From positions 128,001 through 192,000 of the forward strand of contig CAVUSO010000001.1 in the NCBI GenBank assembly GCA_963744145.1: a stretch of DNA of 64,000 bases, written 5' to 3'. The number at the start of each line of letters is the position of its first letter. Position 1 is the stretch's first letter. Below are positions 11,698 through 21,560 of the stretch, piece after piece. The translations under genes were made by a program, and so were the position numbers. The stretch comes from an uncultured cyanobacterium. GTDB taxonomy: Bacteria > Cyanobacteriota > Cyanobacteriia > Cyanobacteriales > CAWUOF01. The notes beneath the pieces are model-generated. The model ran no database searches. It saw only the letters and a program-made list of their open reading frames with translations, and was not told the origin of the DNA.

Positions 11698-12128
11698 GCT
11701 GAGCGTAGTCGAAGCCCGGTATTTGTGCAACCAATAGTTGCAGAAATCAGTTTGATCGTATAAAGAGTTGGTTTCGACTCCGCTCAACCAACTTTGTCCC
11801 ATACTCAATTGAGCCTCAACTTACCAAACCGGAGAGACTGAGGGCTGAGCGTAGTCGAAGCCCGGTATTTGTGCAACCAATAGTTGCAGAAATTAGTTTG
11901 ATCGTATAAAGAGTTGGTTTCGACTCCGCTCAACCAACTTTGTCCCATACTCAATTGAGCCTCAACTTACCAAACCGGAGAGACTGAGGGCTGAGCGTAG
12001 TCGAAGCCCGGTATTTGTGCAACCAATAGTTGCAGAAATTAGTTTGATCGTATAAAGAGTTGGTTTCGACTCCGCTCAACCAACTTTGTCCCATACTCAA
12101 TTGAGCCTCAACTTACCAAACCGGAGAG
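11691..12128. repeat. 3 x 146-bp tandem repeat, each unit with two oppositely oriented REP-like hairpins
   Basis: GAGCGTAGTCGAAG at 11701, 11847 and 11993; one substitution separates copy 1 from copies 2 and 3. Confidence 0.92.
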
Positions 12129-12286
12129 ACTGATGGCTGATGGCTGAGTTTACCCTGAGTTTACCCTGAGTGTTCCCTGAGTTTACCCTGAGTTTATCCT
12201 GAGCGCCCTTCGACTACGCTCAGGGACAAGTCGAAGGGCGTAGTCGAAGGGTAGTCGAAGCCCAGTTTTTTGCAAGGAGTGATAAA

Positions 12287-12634
12287 ATGGCCTATATTTA
12301 TATACTTGAATGTGCAGATAGTTCTTTTTACACAGGAAGTACCATCGATTTGCCTCGTCGTTTATGGGAACATGAAAATGGTTTGGGTGCAAATCATATA
12401 AAGAAGCGATTACCTGTAAAATTAGTTTATGCAGAGTATTATGAGCGTGTGACAGATGCTTTTGAGCGGGAAAAACAGGTTCAGGGTTGGAGTCGGGCTA
12501 AGAAGATTGCTTTGATGAATAGTAATTGGGATCGGCTTCATATTTTGGCAGAGTGTCGGAATTATTCTCATTATAAAAATTCTGGTTTCGACTACGCTCA
12601 ACCAACCGAAAATTGCAGTAGTAATGAAAATTAA
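12287..12634 (+). CDS. Small GIY-YIG nuclease (UPF0213/YazA-like)
   Basis: YIYILECADSSFYTGST...RRLWEH...EREKQVQGWSRAKK. Confidence 0.9.
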   Translation: MAYIYILECADSSFYTGSTIDLPRRLWEHENGLGANHIKKRLPVKLVYAEYYERVTDAFEREKQVQGWSRAKKIALMNSNWDRLHILAECRNYSHYKNSGFDYAQPTENCSSNEN

Positions 12635-12642
12635 GGAATGGT

Positions 12643-13845
12643 ATGTATTTTACAGTTGCTAATCGACAGTTACCAGTGGGATGGGAAATAAAAACACTTG
12701 GTCAGGTTATAAAGCTTGAATATGGTAAACATCTTCCTGATGAAGTTAGAGTTCAAGGAGGAAAATACCCTGTTTATGGAGCTAATGGAGTGAAGTGCTG
12801 GAGTGATAAATATTATTTTGATAGGCAAAGCATTATTGTTGGTAGAAAAGGTTCAGCCGGAGAAGTTAACATTACCGATGAAAAATTTTGGCCTCTTGAT
12901 GTTACCTACTTTGTTACTTATGATAATACACAATACGATTTAATTTTTCTTTACTATTGTTTAAAACATCTTCGTCTTGCAAAGCTAGCAAAGGGTGTAA
13001 AACCTGGTATCAATCGAAATGATGTTTATCAAATTCAATTTATATTTCCCCCACTTCCTGAACAAAAACAAATTGTAGCAATATTAGATGAGGCGTTTGA
13101 AGGGATTGATAGCGCGATCGCGATCGCCGAAAAGAACCTCGCCAACGCCCGCGAACTATTTGAAAGCTATCTAAATGTCATCTTTACTCAGAAAAACGAT
13201 TCTGGTGAGATATTTAAACTTGAAGATATATGCGATAAAACCCGAGTAATTACTTATGGTGTTATCAAGCTAGGTGAACATATTGATAATGGTGTACCAT
13301 GTTTACGGACAAGTAATGTTCGCTGGCTTGATATTGATCTCAATGGTATAAAGCGAATTTCACCTTCCTTATCGGCAGATTATAAACGAACCATTCTTAA
13401 AGGTGGAGAAGTGTTAGTTAATGTTCGAGGAACCCTTGGTGGAGTAGCAGTTACAACACCGCAGATGGCTGGTTGGAATATATCACGCGAAGTAGCCCTT
13501 GTACCTATAGATATAAAACGAGCTTATCCAACTTATTTAGCTTATTGGATTGGGGCAAAAACAAACCAACAATGGCTTAGTAGCGTTGAGAAGGGCGCTG
13601 CATACACTGGAATTAACATTGAAGACTTACGAACTCTACCAGTTGTAGTTCCCGATTTGAAAAAGCAAGAAAGACTTATTAACTCTATTAAGAAAGTTCA
13701 TTTCTTCTCCCAAAATCTTGAAAATATCTACCGCCAAAAAATCGCTACTCTCAAAGAACTCAAACAATCTATCCTCCAAAAAGCATTTACTGGCGAACTC
13801 ACCGCAGATACTGCTAAAAATGATTATAGTGCGATCGGAATTTAA
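12643..13845 (+). CDS. hsdS: Type I R-M specificity subunit (two TRDs)
   Basis: LPVGW, PPLPEQKQIVAILDEAF and LKQSILQKAFTGEL conserved regions. Confidence 0.92.
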   Translation: MYFTVANRQLPVGWEIKTLGQVIKLEYGKHLPDEVRVQGGKYPVYGANGVKCWSDKYYFDRQSIIVGRKGSAGEVNITDEKFWPLDVTYFVTYDNTQYDLIFLYYCLKHLRLAKLAKGVKPGINRNDVYQIQFIFPPLPEQKQIVAILDEAFEGIDSAIAIAEKNLANARELFESYLNVIFTQKNDSGEIFKLEDICDKTRVITYGVIKLGEHIDNGVPCLRTSNVRWLDIDLNGIKRISPSLSADYKRTILKGGEVLVNVRGTLGGVAVTTPQMAGWNISREVALVPIDIKRAYPTYLAYWIGAKTNQQWLSSVEKGAAYTGINIEDLRTLPVVVPDLKKQERLINSIKKVHFFSQNLENIYRQKIATLKELKQSILQKAFTGELTADTAKNDYSAIGI

Positions 13846-13862
13846 CAACAACATCACAATAT

Positions 13863-14307
13863 ATGAAAGCAATTGAAACCACAGGTACAATTAACAAGAG
13901 TGGACAACTCACACTTGATAAATCCTTGGAAGCGATCGAACCACAGCGTGTTCGTATTATTATTTTAATTGATGAAGATAATGAAACCGAAACTGACCCG
14001 GATGAAACACCTACAGAAGTGATTATTGAAGGTATTCGTAAAGGTTTGCGTGAAGCTTTATCCCGACAAACTATTCCCCTCTCGGAAATGTGGACGAATG
14101 CTAAGGAATTTGACGAAAAATTTGACGCAGGAGAAGATATCACTCAATTTCTTGATCTATCTAAAACCAGAACGTCCCTTATCTGATCCTAAAAAGGACT
14201 CGATTCAAGAAAGCACTGGCTCTCGTACTCCTGGATTACTAACTGGACAAATTAGCGACACATTTTTTGACCCTCTACCAGAAGAAGAACTCAATCAATG
14301 GGAATAA
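13863..14307 (+). pseudogene. Mosaic of three antitoxin-like segments
   Basis: MKAIETTGTI...QTIPLSEMW is fused to NAKEFDEKFDAGEDITQFLDLSK (BrnA/CopG-like), then RTPGLLTGQISDTFFDPLPEEEL follows in another frame. Confidence 0.6.
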
Positions 14308-14368
14308 GCTACATCTACCAACAGCGATCACATCTATGAAGTTAATATGGATAAATTAATGAAGCAGT

Positions 14369-15028
14369 ATGAGCAATGACCTGAATAACCCGAACAACCA
14401 GCTATTTTCTGAAATCTGTCAACTTATTTGTACCGCCAAGCAAAACGCTATCATGGCTATTAAAACAGAGATTAATTCTCTGCGTCCCCAAGATCAACAA
14501 TTACTACCTGATATATCTCTAAAAGACCCCTATATTTTAGATTTTTTAGGTTTGCGCGATCGCTACATAGAAAAAGACATCAAAGATGCCATCTTGCGAG
14601 AAATTGAGCAATTTTTATTAGAACTCGGTACAGGTTTTACCTTCATCGCCAGTAAAAAATGCTTACAAATCGATAACAACGATTTTTATATTGACCTACT
14701 ATTTTATAACCGTAAACTTAAACGTCTTGTGGCGATCGACCTAAAACTAGGTAACTTTGATCCAGAATATAAAAGTCAGATGGAACTTGCTCTACGCTGG
14801 TTAGTAAAATACGATAAAGAGAGTGACGAACAGCCACCTTTAGGAATCATTTTATGTGCAGGCAAAAAGCAAGAGCAGATTGAATTATTAGAACTAGACA
14901 AAAGTGGTATCCATGTAGCCGAATATCTTACAGTATTACCATCTAAAGAATTGCTAAATGCGAAACTACAAGAAGCGATCGCCACAGCCCATCGCCGACT
15001 GCCATATTCAGAAGACAAGTTACCATGA
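14369..15028 (+). CDS. YhcG/DUF1016 PD-(D/E)XK nuclease-domain protein with an N-terminal internal deletion
   Basis: LKDPYILDFLGL, FLLELGTGFTF, IDLLFY and PLGIILC motifs; N-terminal domain mostly absent. Confidence 0.8.
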   Translation: MSNDLNNPNNQLFSEICQLICTAKQNAIMAIKTEINSLRPQDQQLLPDISLKDPYILDFLGLRDRYIEKDIKDAILREIEQFLLELGTGFTFIASKKCLQIDNNDFYIDLLFYNRKLKRLVAIDLKLGNFDPEYKSQMELALRWLVKYDKESDEQPPLGIILCAGKKQEQIELLELDKSGIHVAEYLTVLPSKELLNAKLQEAIATAHRRLPYSEDKLP

Positions 15029-15139
15029 ACGAAGCCCAAACTCGCGCCAAACTGATTGATTAATCACCACATAAGCATGATAATTGAATTTATGCTGATC
15101 AAGAATTACCAGACTGCCCATTGATGAGGCGAGCGCCCC

Positions 15140-16558
15140 ATGATTACTCTTGAAACCCTTGAAAAATGGTTGCTTGTACCCACAGAAACAGAAAAGCTAG
15201 AATTTAAAGAAGCAAAACAACAGTTTGATACGACCAAACTACTGAAATATTGTGTAGCACTAGCCAACGAAGGTGGTGGTTATATTGTTTTAGGCGTTAC
15301 CGATAAGCAACCTCGCCAAGTAGTAGGTTCATTAGCTTGGTCAACAGCAGAAGAATTAAACAAGATTAAGGCATATATAGTTGAGAAACTAAGATTTCGC
15401 GTAGAAGTGACAGAATTACAGCATCCCGATGGTCGAGTGCTAGTTTTTGAAGTGCCAACCCGTCCAGTAGGACAAGCATTGACCTTTGAGGGTGCATATC
15501 TGATGCGAGCAGGCGAAGACTTGATGCCAATGACACCAGATATGCTCAAACGGATTTTTGCTGAAGATCAGCAAGATTGGTTTTCCTTACCTGCCCAATC
15601 AGATGCAAGTCCGGACGATGTGATTGCCCTCCTAGATACTCAAACCTACTTTGAACTGCTAAAAATCCCCTATCCAACCAGCCAAAACGCCGTCCTAGAA
15701 AGATTGCAGAGCCAAGATTTAATCAAACAGACAGCACAAGGTTGGATAATCACTAACCTAGCTGCAATCCTTTTAGCAAAAAAGCTGGATGCCTTTTCTG
15801 CTACATTGGCTCGCAAAGCACCCCGTGTAGTCATCTATGAAGGTATTAATAAGCTGCAAACCCGCGACGATAAAATACACAACCGAGGATATGCAATTGG
15901 CTTTAAATGGTTAGTAGATTTTGTCCATTCATCAGCACCACAAAATCGCTTTATTGAAGAAGTCATGCGCGAGGAAGTGAAGATGTTTCCAGAACAAGCA
16001 CTACGGGAACTAATTGCTAATGCCCTAGTGCATCAAGACTTTCTAGCTACGGGTGCTTCAGTAATGATTGAGATGTATAGCGATCGCATCGAGATATCTA
16101 ATCCTGGCATTCCACCCATTCAGGTCGATCGCTTCATTGACGAATATCGTTCACGTAATGAGCAACTCGCGGACATAATGCGACGTTTCGGTATTTGTGA
16201 AGAAAAAGGTAGTGGCATTGACAAAGTTGTGAGTGCCGCAGAAGTATTTCAACTACCAGCACCAGATTTTCGAGTGGGCGAGACACGCACTACAGCACTG
16301 CTATTTGCTCATCAGGATTTTGCCGACATGAGTAAAACCGATCGGATTCGAGCCTGCTATCAGCATTGTTGCCTGTTGTATGTCAGTAATCAACGAATGT
16401 CTAACCAGACCCTACGAGAGCGATTTCGTTTAAGTGAGTCAAATGCAGGAACGGCTTCCCATATTATAAAAGCTACCAAAGAAGCTGGCTTGATCCAGAC
16501 AGACGAGTCCGAATCAAACTCTACCCGCTATGCCCGCTATCTCCCTTTTTGGGCATAA
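15140..16558 (+). CDS. AlbA_2 (Schlafen-like) + HATPase_c_4 + wHTH protein
   Basis: LEFKEA, ALANEGGGYIVLGV, ALRELIANALVHQD, IEISNPG, SRN and EEKGSGI motifs. Confidence 0.85.
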   Translation: MITLETLEKWLLVPTETEKLEFKEAKQQFDTTKLLKYCVALANEGGGYIVLGVTDKQPRQVVGSLAWSTAEELNKIKAYIVEKLRFRVEVTELQHPDGRVLVFEVPTRPVGQALTFEGAYLMRAGEDLMPMTPDMLKRIFAEDQQDWFSLPAQSDASPDDVIALLDTQTYFELLKIPYPTSQNAVLERLQSQDLIKQTAQGWIITNLAAILLAKKLDAFSATLARKAPRVVIYEGINKLQTRDDKIHNRGYAIGFKWLVDFVHSSAPQNRFIEEVMREEVKMFPEQALRELIANALVHQDFLATGASVMIEMYSDRIEISNPGIPPIQVDRFIDEYRSRNEQLADIMRRFGICEEKGSGIDKVVSAAEVFQLPAPDFRVGETRTTALLFAHQDFADMSKTDRIRACYQHCCLLYVSNQRMSNQTLRERFRLSESNAGTASHIIKATKEAGLIQTDESESNSTRYARYLPFWA

Positions 16559-16780
16559 AAGTGCTTTAACGCAAACCGAGATGAGTAACTCTCATAGCCT
16601 GAAACCCTTTCAGAATCATCAAAAAAGTGCTTTAACGCAAACCGAGATGAGTAACTCTCATAGCCTGAAACCCTTTCAGAATCATCAAAAAAGTGCTTTA
16701 ACGCAAACCGAGATGAGTAACTCTCATAGCCTGAAACCCTTTCAGAATCATCAAAAAAGTGCTTTAACGCAAACCGAGAT
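16557..16780. repeat. 66-bp tandem repeat x3.4 immediately upstream of hsdR
   Basis: GTGCTTTAACGCAAACCGAGAT at 16561, 16627, 16693 and 16759. Confidence 0.92.
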
Positions 16781-16789
16781 CAGCGAAAT

Positions 16790-19138
16790 ATGAACGAAGC
16801 AGAAACCCGCGCCGAACTCATTGACCCCGCCCTAAAAGCCGCAGGTTGGGGAGTTGTCCCTAATAGTCGGATTGGTCGCGAAGTCATAGCTCCTGGTCGT
16901 TTAATCGGTGGTGGGAAACGAGCCACACAAGAGCGTGCTGATTATGTACTGGTATATCGCGGTGAAAAACTCGCTGTCATCGAAGCGAAAAAACGTGATG
17001 CACCCGATACCGAAGGTTTAGGACAAGCCAAAAAATACGCTGAAAAATTGCAAACTCGATTCGCCTACTCTACAAATGGCATTGGGATCTACCAAGTAGA
17101 TATGCACACAGGCGCAGAAGGCTACATCAACCAATATCCTACCCCCGATCAACTGTGGGAAGCTACTTTTAGCAAAACTAACTTGTGGCGCGATTCTCTT
17201 TCAGAGACACTTCGCGATCGCTTTGCCGAAGTTCCCTTTGAAGATCGAAGCGGCACTTATGAAGTCCGTTATTATCAACACAACGCGATTAAGCAAGTCC
17301 TAGAAGCAATTAGTCAAGGACGCGATCGCATATTATTAACAATGGCAACCGGAACAGGCAAAACCTTCATCGCCTTCCAAATCACCTGGAAACTATTCCA
17401 AAGCCGTTGGAACTTGAGCAGAGAACCTAACCGTCGCCCGCGAATTTTGTTTCTAGCCGATCGCAATATCTTAGCCAACCAAGCTTATAACTCTTTTTCT
17501 GCCTTCCCCGATGATGCCCTCGTCCGCATTGACCCTGAAACCATCAAAAAACGGGGTCGAGTTCCCAAAAATGGCAGTATCTTTTTTACCATTTTCCAAA
17601 CCTTTATGACCGGACGAGACGAAGCTGGCAATCCCACACCTAAATTTAGTGACTATCCCCCTGACTTTTTTGACTTCATTATCATTGATGAATGTCATAG
17701 AGGCGGAGCCAGCGACGAAAGCACCTGGCGGGGTATTTTAGAATACTTCTCCCCAGCAGTACAATTGGGACTCACCGCCACCCCCAAACGTGCCAACAAC
17801 GCTGACACCTACGCTTATTTTGGTGAGCCAGTCTATACTTACGCTCTCAAAGATGGCATCAACGACGGGTTTCTGACTCCCTTTAAAGTCAGGCAAATTA
17901 AAACTAACCTAGATGAATATATTTACAGCCCCGACGATGAAATACTCGAAGGTGTAATAGACGAAACCAAAACTTACATCGAAGCCGAATTCAACCGCAT
18001 CATTGAAATTAGCGATCGCGAACGTTACCGAGTGCAACTGTTCATGGAAGAAATTGACCAGAATCAAAAAACTCTGGTATTCTGCGCTAACCAACTCCAC
18101 GCTCTAGTTGTGCGGGATTTAATCAACCAATTGAAGATTAGCAGTAATCCTAATTACTGTGTCCGCGTTACCGCCGATGATGGAAAACTAGGTGAACAGC
18201 ACCTCAGCACCTTTCAAGACAACGAGAAAACGATTCCCACTATTCTCACCACCTCTCAAAAACTCTCTACAGGAGTTGATGCTCGCAACGTTCGCAACAT
18301 TGTCCTAATGCGCCCCATCAATTCCATGATTGAATTCAAACAGATTATTGGTAGAGGGACAAGACTATTTGACGGCAAAGATTATTTCACTATCTACGAT
18401 TTTGTTAAAGCCTACGAACACTTCAATGATCCTGAATGGGACGGTGAGCCGGCTGAACCTGTACCTGTCACATCTAATCGAACAGGTGAAGCTAAAGGTA
18501 AATATAATGTCAACCCAAATAAAGCAGAAAAATCATCAACCCAACGTCAACAAATTAAAATCAAACTCGCTGATGGTAAAGAACGCACCATCCAACACCG
18601 GATATCTACCAATTTTTGGAGTCCTGATGGTAAACCAATAACCGCCACAGAATTTGTGGAACGACTCTTTGGTGAAATTCCTGAATTATTCACAGATGAA
18701 AACGAATTAAGAGCAATCTGGAGCCGCCCTGATACCCGTAAAGCATTATTAGAAGGACTAGCAGAGAAAGGCTATGGGGAGGAACAACTCACGGAAATTA
18801 GCCGCTTGATTGATGCTGAGAAAAGCGATTTATATGATGTATTAGCTTATATCGCTTATGCCTTGCCACCCATGAGCCGCCAAGAGCGCGTCCTCGCTCA
18901 CAAGTCCTTAATCTTTTCCCGGTATATCGGCAAACAGCAAGAATTTCTCGACTTTGTACTGGAACAATACATCAAAGCAGGTGTGGGGGAACTCGATCGC
19001 ACCAAATTACCTCAACTGTTAGAGTTAAAATATCATACTATCACCGATGCTGTTGAAGAACTAGGGAGCATTGCGAATATCAGCGCAGTATTTATCGGGT
19101 TTCAGCAATATTTGTATTCACAAGACAGAGCCGCTTAA
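16790..19138 (+). CDS. hsdR: Type I restriction subunit (EcoAI/EcoEI-like)
   Basis: VIEAKK nuclease motif, MATGTGKT, DECHR, LTATP and QIIGRGTR. Confidence 0.93.
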   Translation: MNEAETRAELIDPALKAAGWGVVPNSRIGREVIAPGRLIGGGKRATQERADYVLVYRGEKLAVIEAKKRDAPDTEGLGQAKKYAEKLQTRFAYSTNGIGIYQVDMHTGAEGYINQYPTPDQLWEATFSKTNLWRDSLSETLRDRFAEVPFEDRSGTYEVRYYQHNAIKQVLEAISQGRDRILLTMATGTGKTFIAFQITWKLFQSRWNLSREPNRRPRILFLADRNILANQAYNSFSAFPDDALVRIDPETIKKRGRVPKNGSIFFTIFQTFMTGRDEAGNPTPKFSDYPPDFFDFIIIDECHRGGASDESTWRGILEYFSPAVQLGLTATPKRANNADTYAYFGEPVYTYALKDGINDGFLTPFKVRQIKTNLDEYIYSPDDEILEGVIDETKTYIEAEFNRIIEISDRERYRVQLFMEEIDQNQKTLVFCANQLHALVVRDLINQLKISSNPNYCVRVTADDGKLGEQHLSTFQDNEKTIPTILTTSQKLSTGVDARNVRNIVLMRPINSMIEFKQIIGRGTRLFDGKDYFTIYDFVKAYEHFNDPEWDGEPAEPVPVTSNRTGEAKGKYNVNPNKAEKSSTQRQQIKIKLADGKERTIQHRISTNFWSPDGKPITATEFVERLFGEIPELFTDENELRAIWSRPDTRKALLEGLAEKGYGEEQLTEISRLIDAEKSDLYDVLAYIAYALPPMSRQERVLAHKSLIFSRYIGKQQEFLDFVLEQYIKAGVGELDRTKLPQLLELKYHTITDAVEELGSIANISAVFIGFQQYLYSQDRAA

Positions 19139-19322
19139 TTGTTCAATTTGTTACAATTAAACGCCTCAGTTAGACGATTAACTCAAAGCTTTTGCGCGAT
19201 CTCACTTACCATTTCAGTTTATTAGTCCTAATATACAAAATTATCCAAAATTAAGCGTGCAAAACTACACCTAATTAATCATAATTTTATAAATAAGGTG
19301 AATAGAGAGAAGATTAAGGGCG

Positions 19323-19727
19323 ATGTTGTTTATTGATGCGCGGCCCATTTACTGTAAAGTTGACCGCGCCCATCGGGAGTTTAGCAAAGCACAGATTGAG
19401 TTTATCTCAAATATCGTGCAGTTGTACCGAGGAGAAAAAGCGGAGGTGACGGTTGATTTTGAAATGCTGACCGAGAATTTCCCAGAGAAGGCTGATCGGG
19501 ATGTAGCGGGATTGTGTAAAATAGGAACAATAGCAGAGATTGAGGCACAAGGATGGAGTCTCAATCCTGGGCGTTATGTGGGAGTAGCGGAACGTTAGGA
19601 GGCTGAGGATTTTGATTTTGCGACAAGGTTGGAAGAGTTGAATGAGGAGTTAGAAACTTTGAATGGGTCAGCGCGGACGTTGGAGGAACAGATTGCTGAG
19701 AATGTGGCACAAATTTTGAATCTTTGA
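19323..19727 (+). pseudogene. C-terminal remnant of a second type I hsdM (internal stop at 19596)
   Basis: [14 protein letters not shown]...[36 protein letters not shown]. Confidence 0.8.
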
Positions 19728-19763
19728 TTTCCTTAATTAATAAATTTAGGAGTGTTTAAGATG

Positions 19764-20027
19764 ATGAATATTACTTTAACACCTGAACAGGAAAAATATG
19801 TTCAATCGCAATTAGAAGAGGGTAAATATAACAGTGTTGAGCAGTTAATTAGTAAAGCATTGCAATTGCTAGAGGAGCAAAATCGCGCATTAGAACAGAA
19901 GCGTTTAGAAGAACTAAGGCTAAAAATTGCTAGTGGTACTGAGCAAATTGCCAGAGGACAAGTAACTTATGGTGAAGTAGTTTTTGCCAGATTGCAGGAG
20001 AAAATTCGCTCTTATTCTGAGTCATAA
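19764..20027 (+). CDS. ParD-family antitoxin (orphan; ParE stub at 20030)
   Basis: MNITLTPEQE..QLEEGKYNS ribbon-helix-helix pattern. Confidence 0.8.
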   Translation: MNITLTPEQEKYVQSQLEEGKYNSVEQLISKALQLLEEQNRALEQKRLEELRLKIASGTEQIARGQVTYGEVVFARLQEKIRSYSES

Positions 20028-20100
20028 CTATGAGTACATAAATTTTGAATCTTTGATGCGTTGGTACATAAAGTTAAGGATTTTTTAAGAATATAAGGCC

Positions 20101-20367
20101 ATGAATATAACCCTAAAGCCGGAACAGGAACAGTTTATTCAACAACAACTTAAGAATGGGAGATATGAGTCAGTGGACGAAGCGATCGCGCAAGCCTTCC
20201 AATTGTTAGAAGAAGATGATCGTCAGTATCAGCAGTGGCTTGAAGAAACTCGTCAAAAAGTAGCGGTAGGCATTGAACAAGCGAACAGAGGAAAATTCAC
20301 AGATGGTAAACTTGTTATTGCTAGACTGCGGGAGAAACTTCAGCAAAAGCGCGAGAATCAAGGATGA
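20101..20367 (+). CDS. ParD-family antitoxin
   Basis: MNITLKPEQE...GRYES; ATGA overlap with the toxin gene. Confidence 0.85.
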   Translation: MNITLKPEQEQFIQQQLKNGRYESVDEAIAQAFQLLEEDDRQYQQWLEETRQKVAVGIEQANRGKFTDGKLVIARLREKLQQKRENQG

Positions 20368-20663
20368 GCATCTACAGCTTAACTGATGAGGCTATCCAAG
20401 ACATTGAGGATATTTATAACTATTTATCCGATTTCAGTTTAGATGCTGCTGCTCGTTTCTTGGATACCTTTGAGCAAAAATGCGAAACCATAGTTAGATT
20501 TCCCAGAATGGGTAGAAGTTATGAGAAATTAGAGTCTCAGTTACGTGGGGTTCCCATTGACGGTTATATTATTTTTTACCGTCCGGTTGATGATCATATT
20601 GAAGTAATTAGGATAGTAAGTGGATATCGTAAGCTGGAATCATTGTTTTCAGAATCAGATTGA
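20364..20663 (+). CDS. RelE/ParE-family toxin
   Basis: AIQDIEDI...FPRMGR...YIIFYR...IEVIRIVSGYR. Confidence 0.88.
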   Translation: MSIYSLTDEAIQDIEDIYNYLSDFSLDAAARFLDTFEQKCETIVRFPRMGRSYEKLESQLRGVPIDGYIIFYRPVDDHIEVIRIVSGYRKLESLFSESD

Positions 20664-20793
20664 GATTGATGCGATCGCGTTTTGTAAGCAAATGACAGAA
20701 GTAGAGGATTTGGATTTTGCAACCAAGTTGGAAAAGTTGAATGAGGAGTTAGAAATCTTGAATATTGAGGCGCGGGGTTTGGAGGAAATAGCC

Positions 20794-21033
20794 ATGTTTG
20801 CTTATAAAAAATACGTGACGATTGAAGATCCATCAAAGGTAGTTTTATCGGATTTACCTTTTCAAGCTGGACAACGAGTTGAGATGATTATTTTGGTTGA
20901 AAATAATCTCAAAGCAGCTTTAGCACAAAATTTACAAGAGTTATTGAAGGAGACGCAAGCCTTACACGCAAATAATCCCATGACTGAAGAGGAGATAGCA
21001 GCAGAAATTGAGGCTTATCGAAAGGGACTATGA
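20794..21033 (+). CDS. Putative antitoxin (PIN-toxin stub MRIV at 21030)
   Basis: ATG at 20794 follows GGAGG; ends MTEEEIAAEIEAYRKG; ATGA-coupled MRIV stub. Confidence 0.65.
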   Translation: MFAYKKYVTIEDPSKVVLSDLPFQAGQRVEMIILVENNLKAALAQNLQELLKETQALHANNPMTEEEIAAEIEAYRKGL

Positions 21034-21139
21034 GAATAGTTAAGGAGAAGGATTAGATGGGGAAGCCGTTGTTGCGGGGATTTTAGAGAGATTTAAACAA
21101 GCACGTCACAATTGAAAACGAGAGGATTAAAACAAAGGA

Positions 21140-21457
21140 ATGAGTGAAACTAAACAATTAAAAATCGCAATTTCCAAGCAAGAAATCGCACAATTTTGTC
21201 ACCGTAACTATATCCGCAAACTGTCTTTATTTGGTTCGGTGTTAAGGGATGATTTTACACCGGAGAGCGATATTGATTTTTTAGTGGAATTTGAGCCGGG
21301 GAAAACTCCGGGTTTTTTTAAGATAGTCAGTATGGAAATGGAACTTTCAGAACTGCTGGAGGGGCGAAAGATAGATTTAAGGACTCTGAATGAGTTAAGT
21401 GTTTATTTTCGAGATCGAGTGATAGCTGAGGCGGTGGTGCAGTATGACAGGAATTGA
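21140..21457 (+). CDS. MNT (minimal nucleotidyltransferase) antitoxin; HEPN partner reduced to a stub at 21444
   Basis: LFGSVLRDDF..SDIDFLVEF. Confidence 0.88.
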   Translation: MSETKQLKIAISKQEIAQFCHRNYIRKLSLFGSVLRDDFTPESDIDFLVEFEPGKTPGFFKIVSMEMELSELLEGRKIDLRTLNELSVYFRDRVIAEAVVQYDRN

Positions 21458-21560
21458 TGATTTAACTCAATTTAACTGATGAGGCTATCCAAGATATTGA
21501 GGATATTTACTTTGATGCGTTTGTACAATTAAATTAATAAATTTGGGAGTGTTTAAGAGG

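Noticed and set aside
11691-12128. Possible CRISPR array
   Set aside because: The intervening sequences are identical (whole-unit tandem repeat), and there are no unique spacers or cas genes.
16530-16793. 87-aa repeat ORF or CRISPR
   Set aside because: It is a by-product of the 66-bp repeat; no variable spacers.
20620-20793. N-terminal extension of the 137-aa ORF
   Set aside because: This is read-through of the parE end and the hsdM-tail repeat; the real start is probably 20794.
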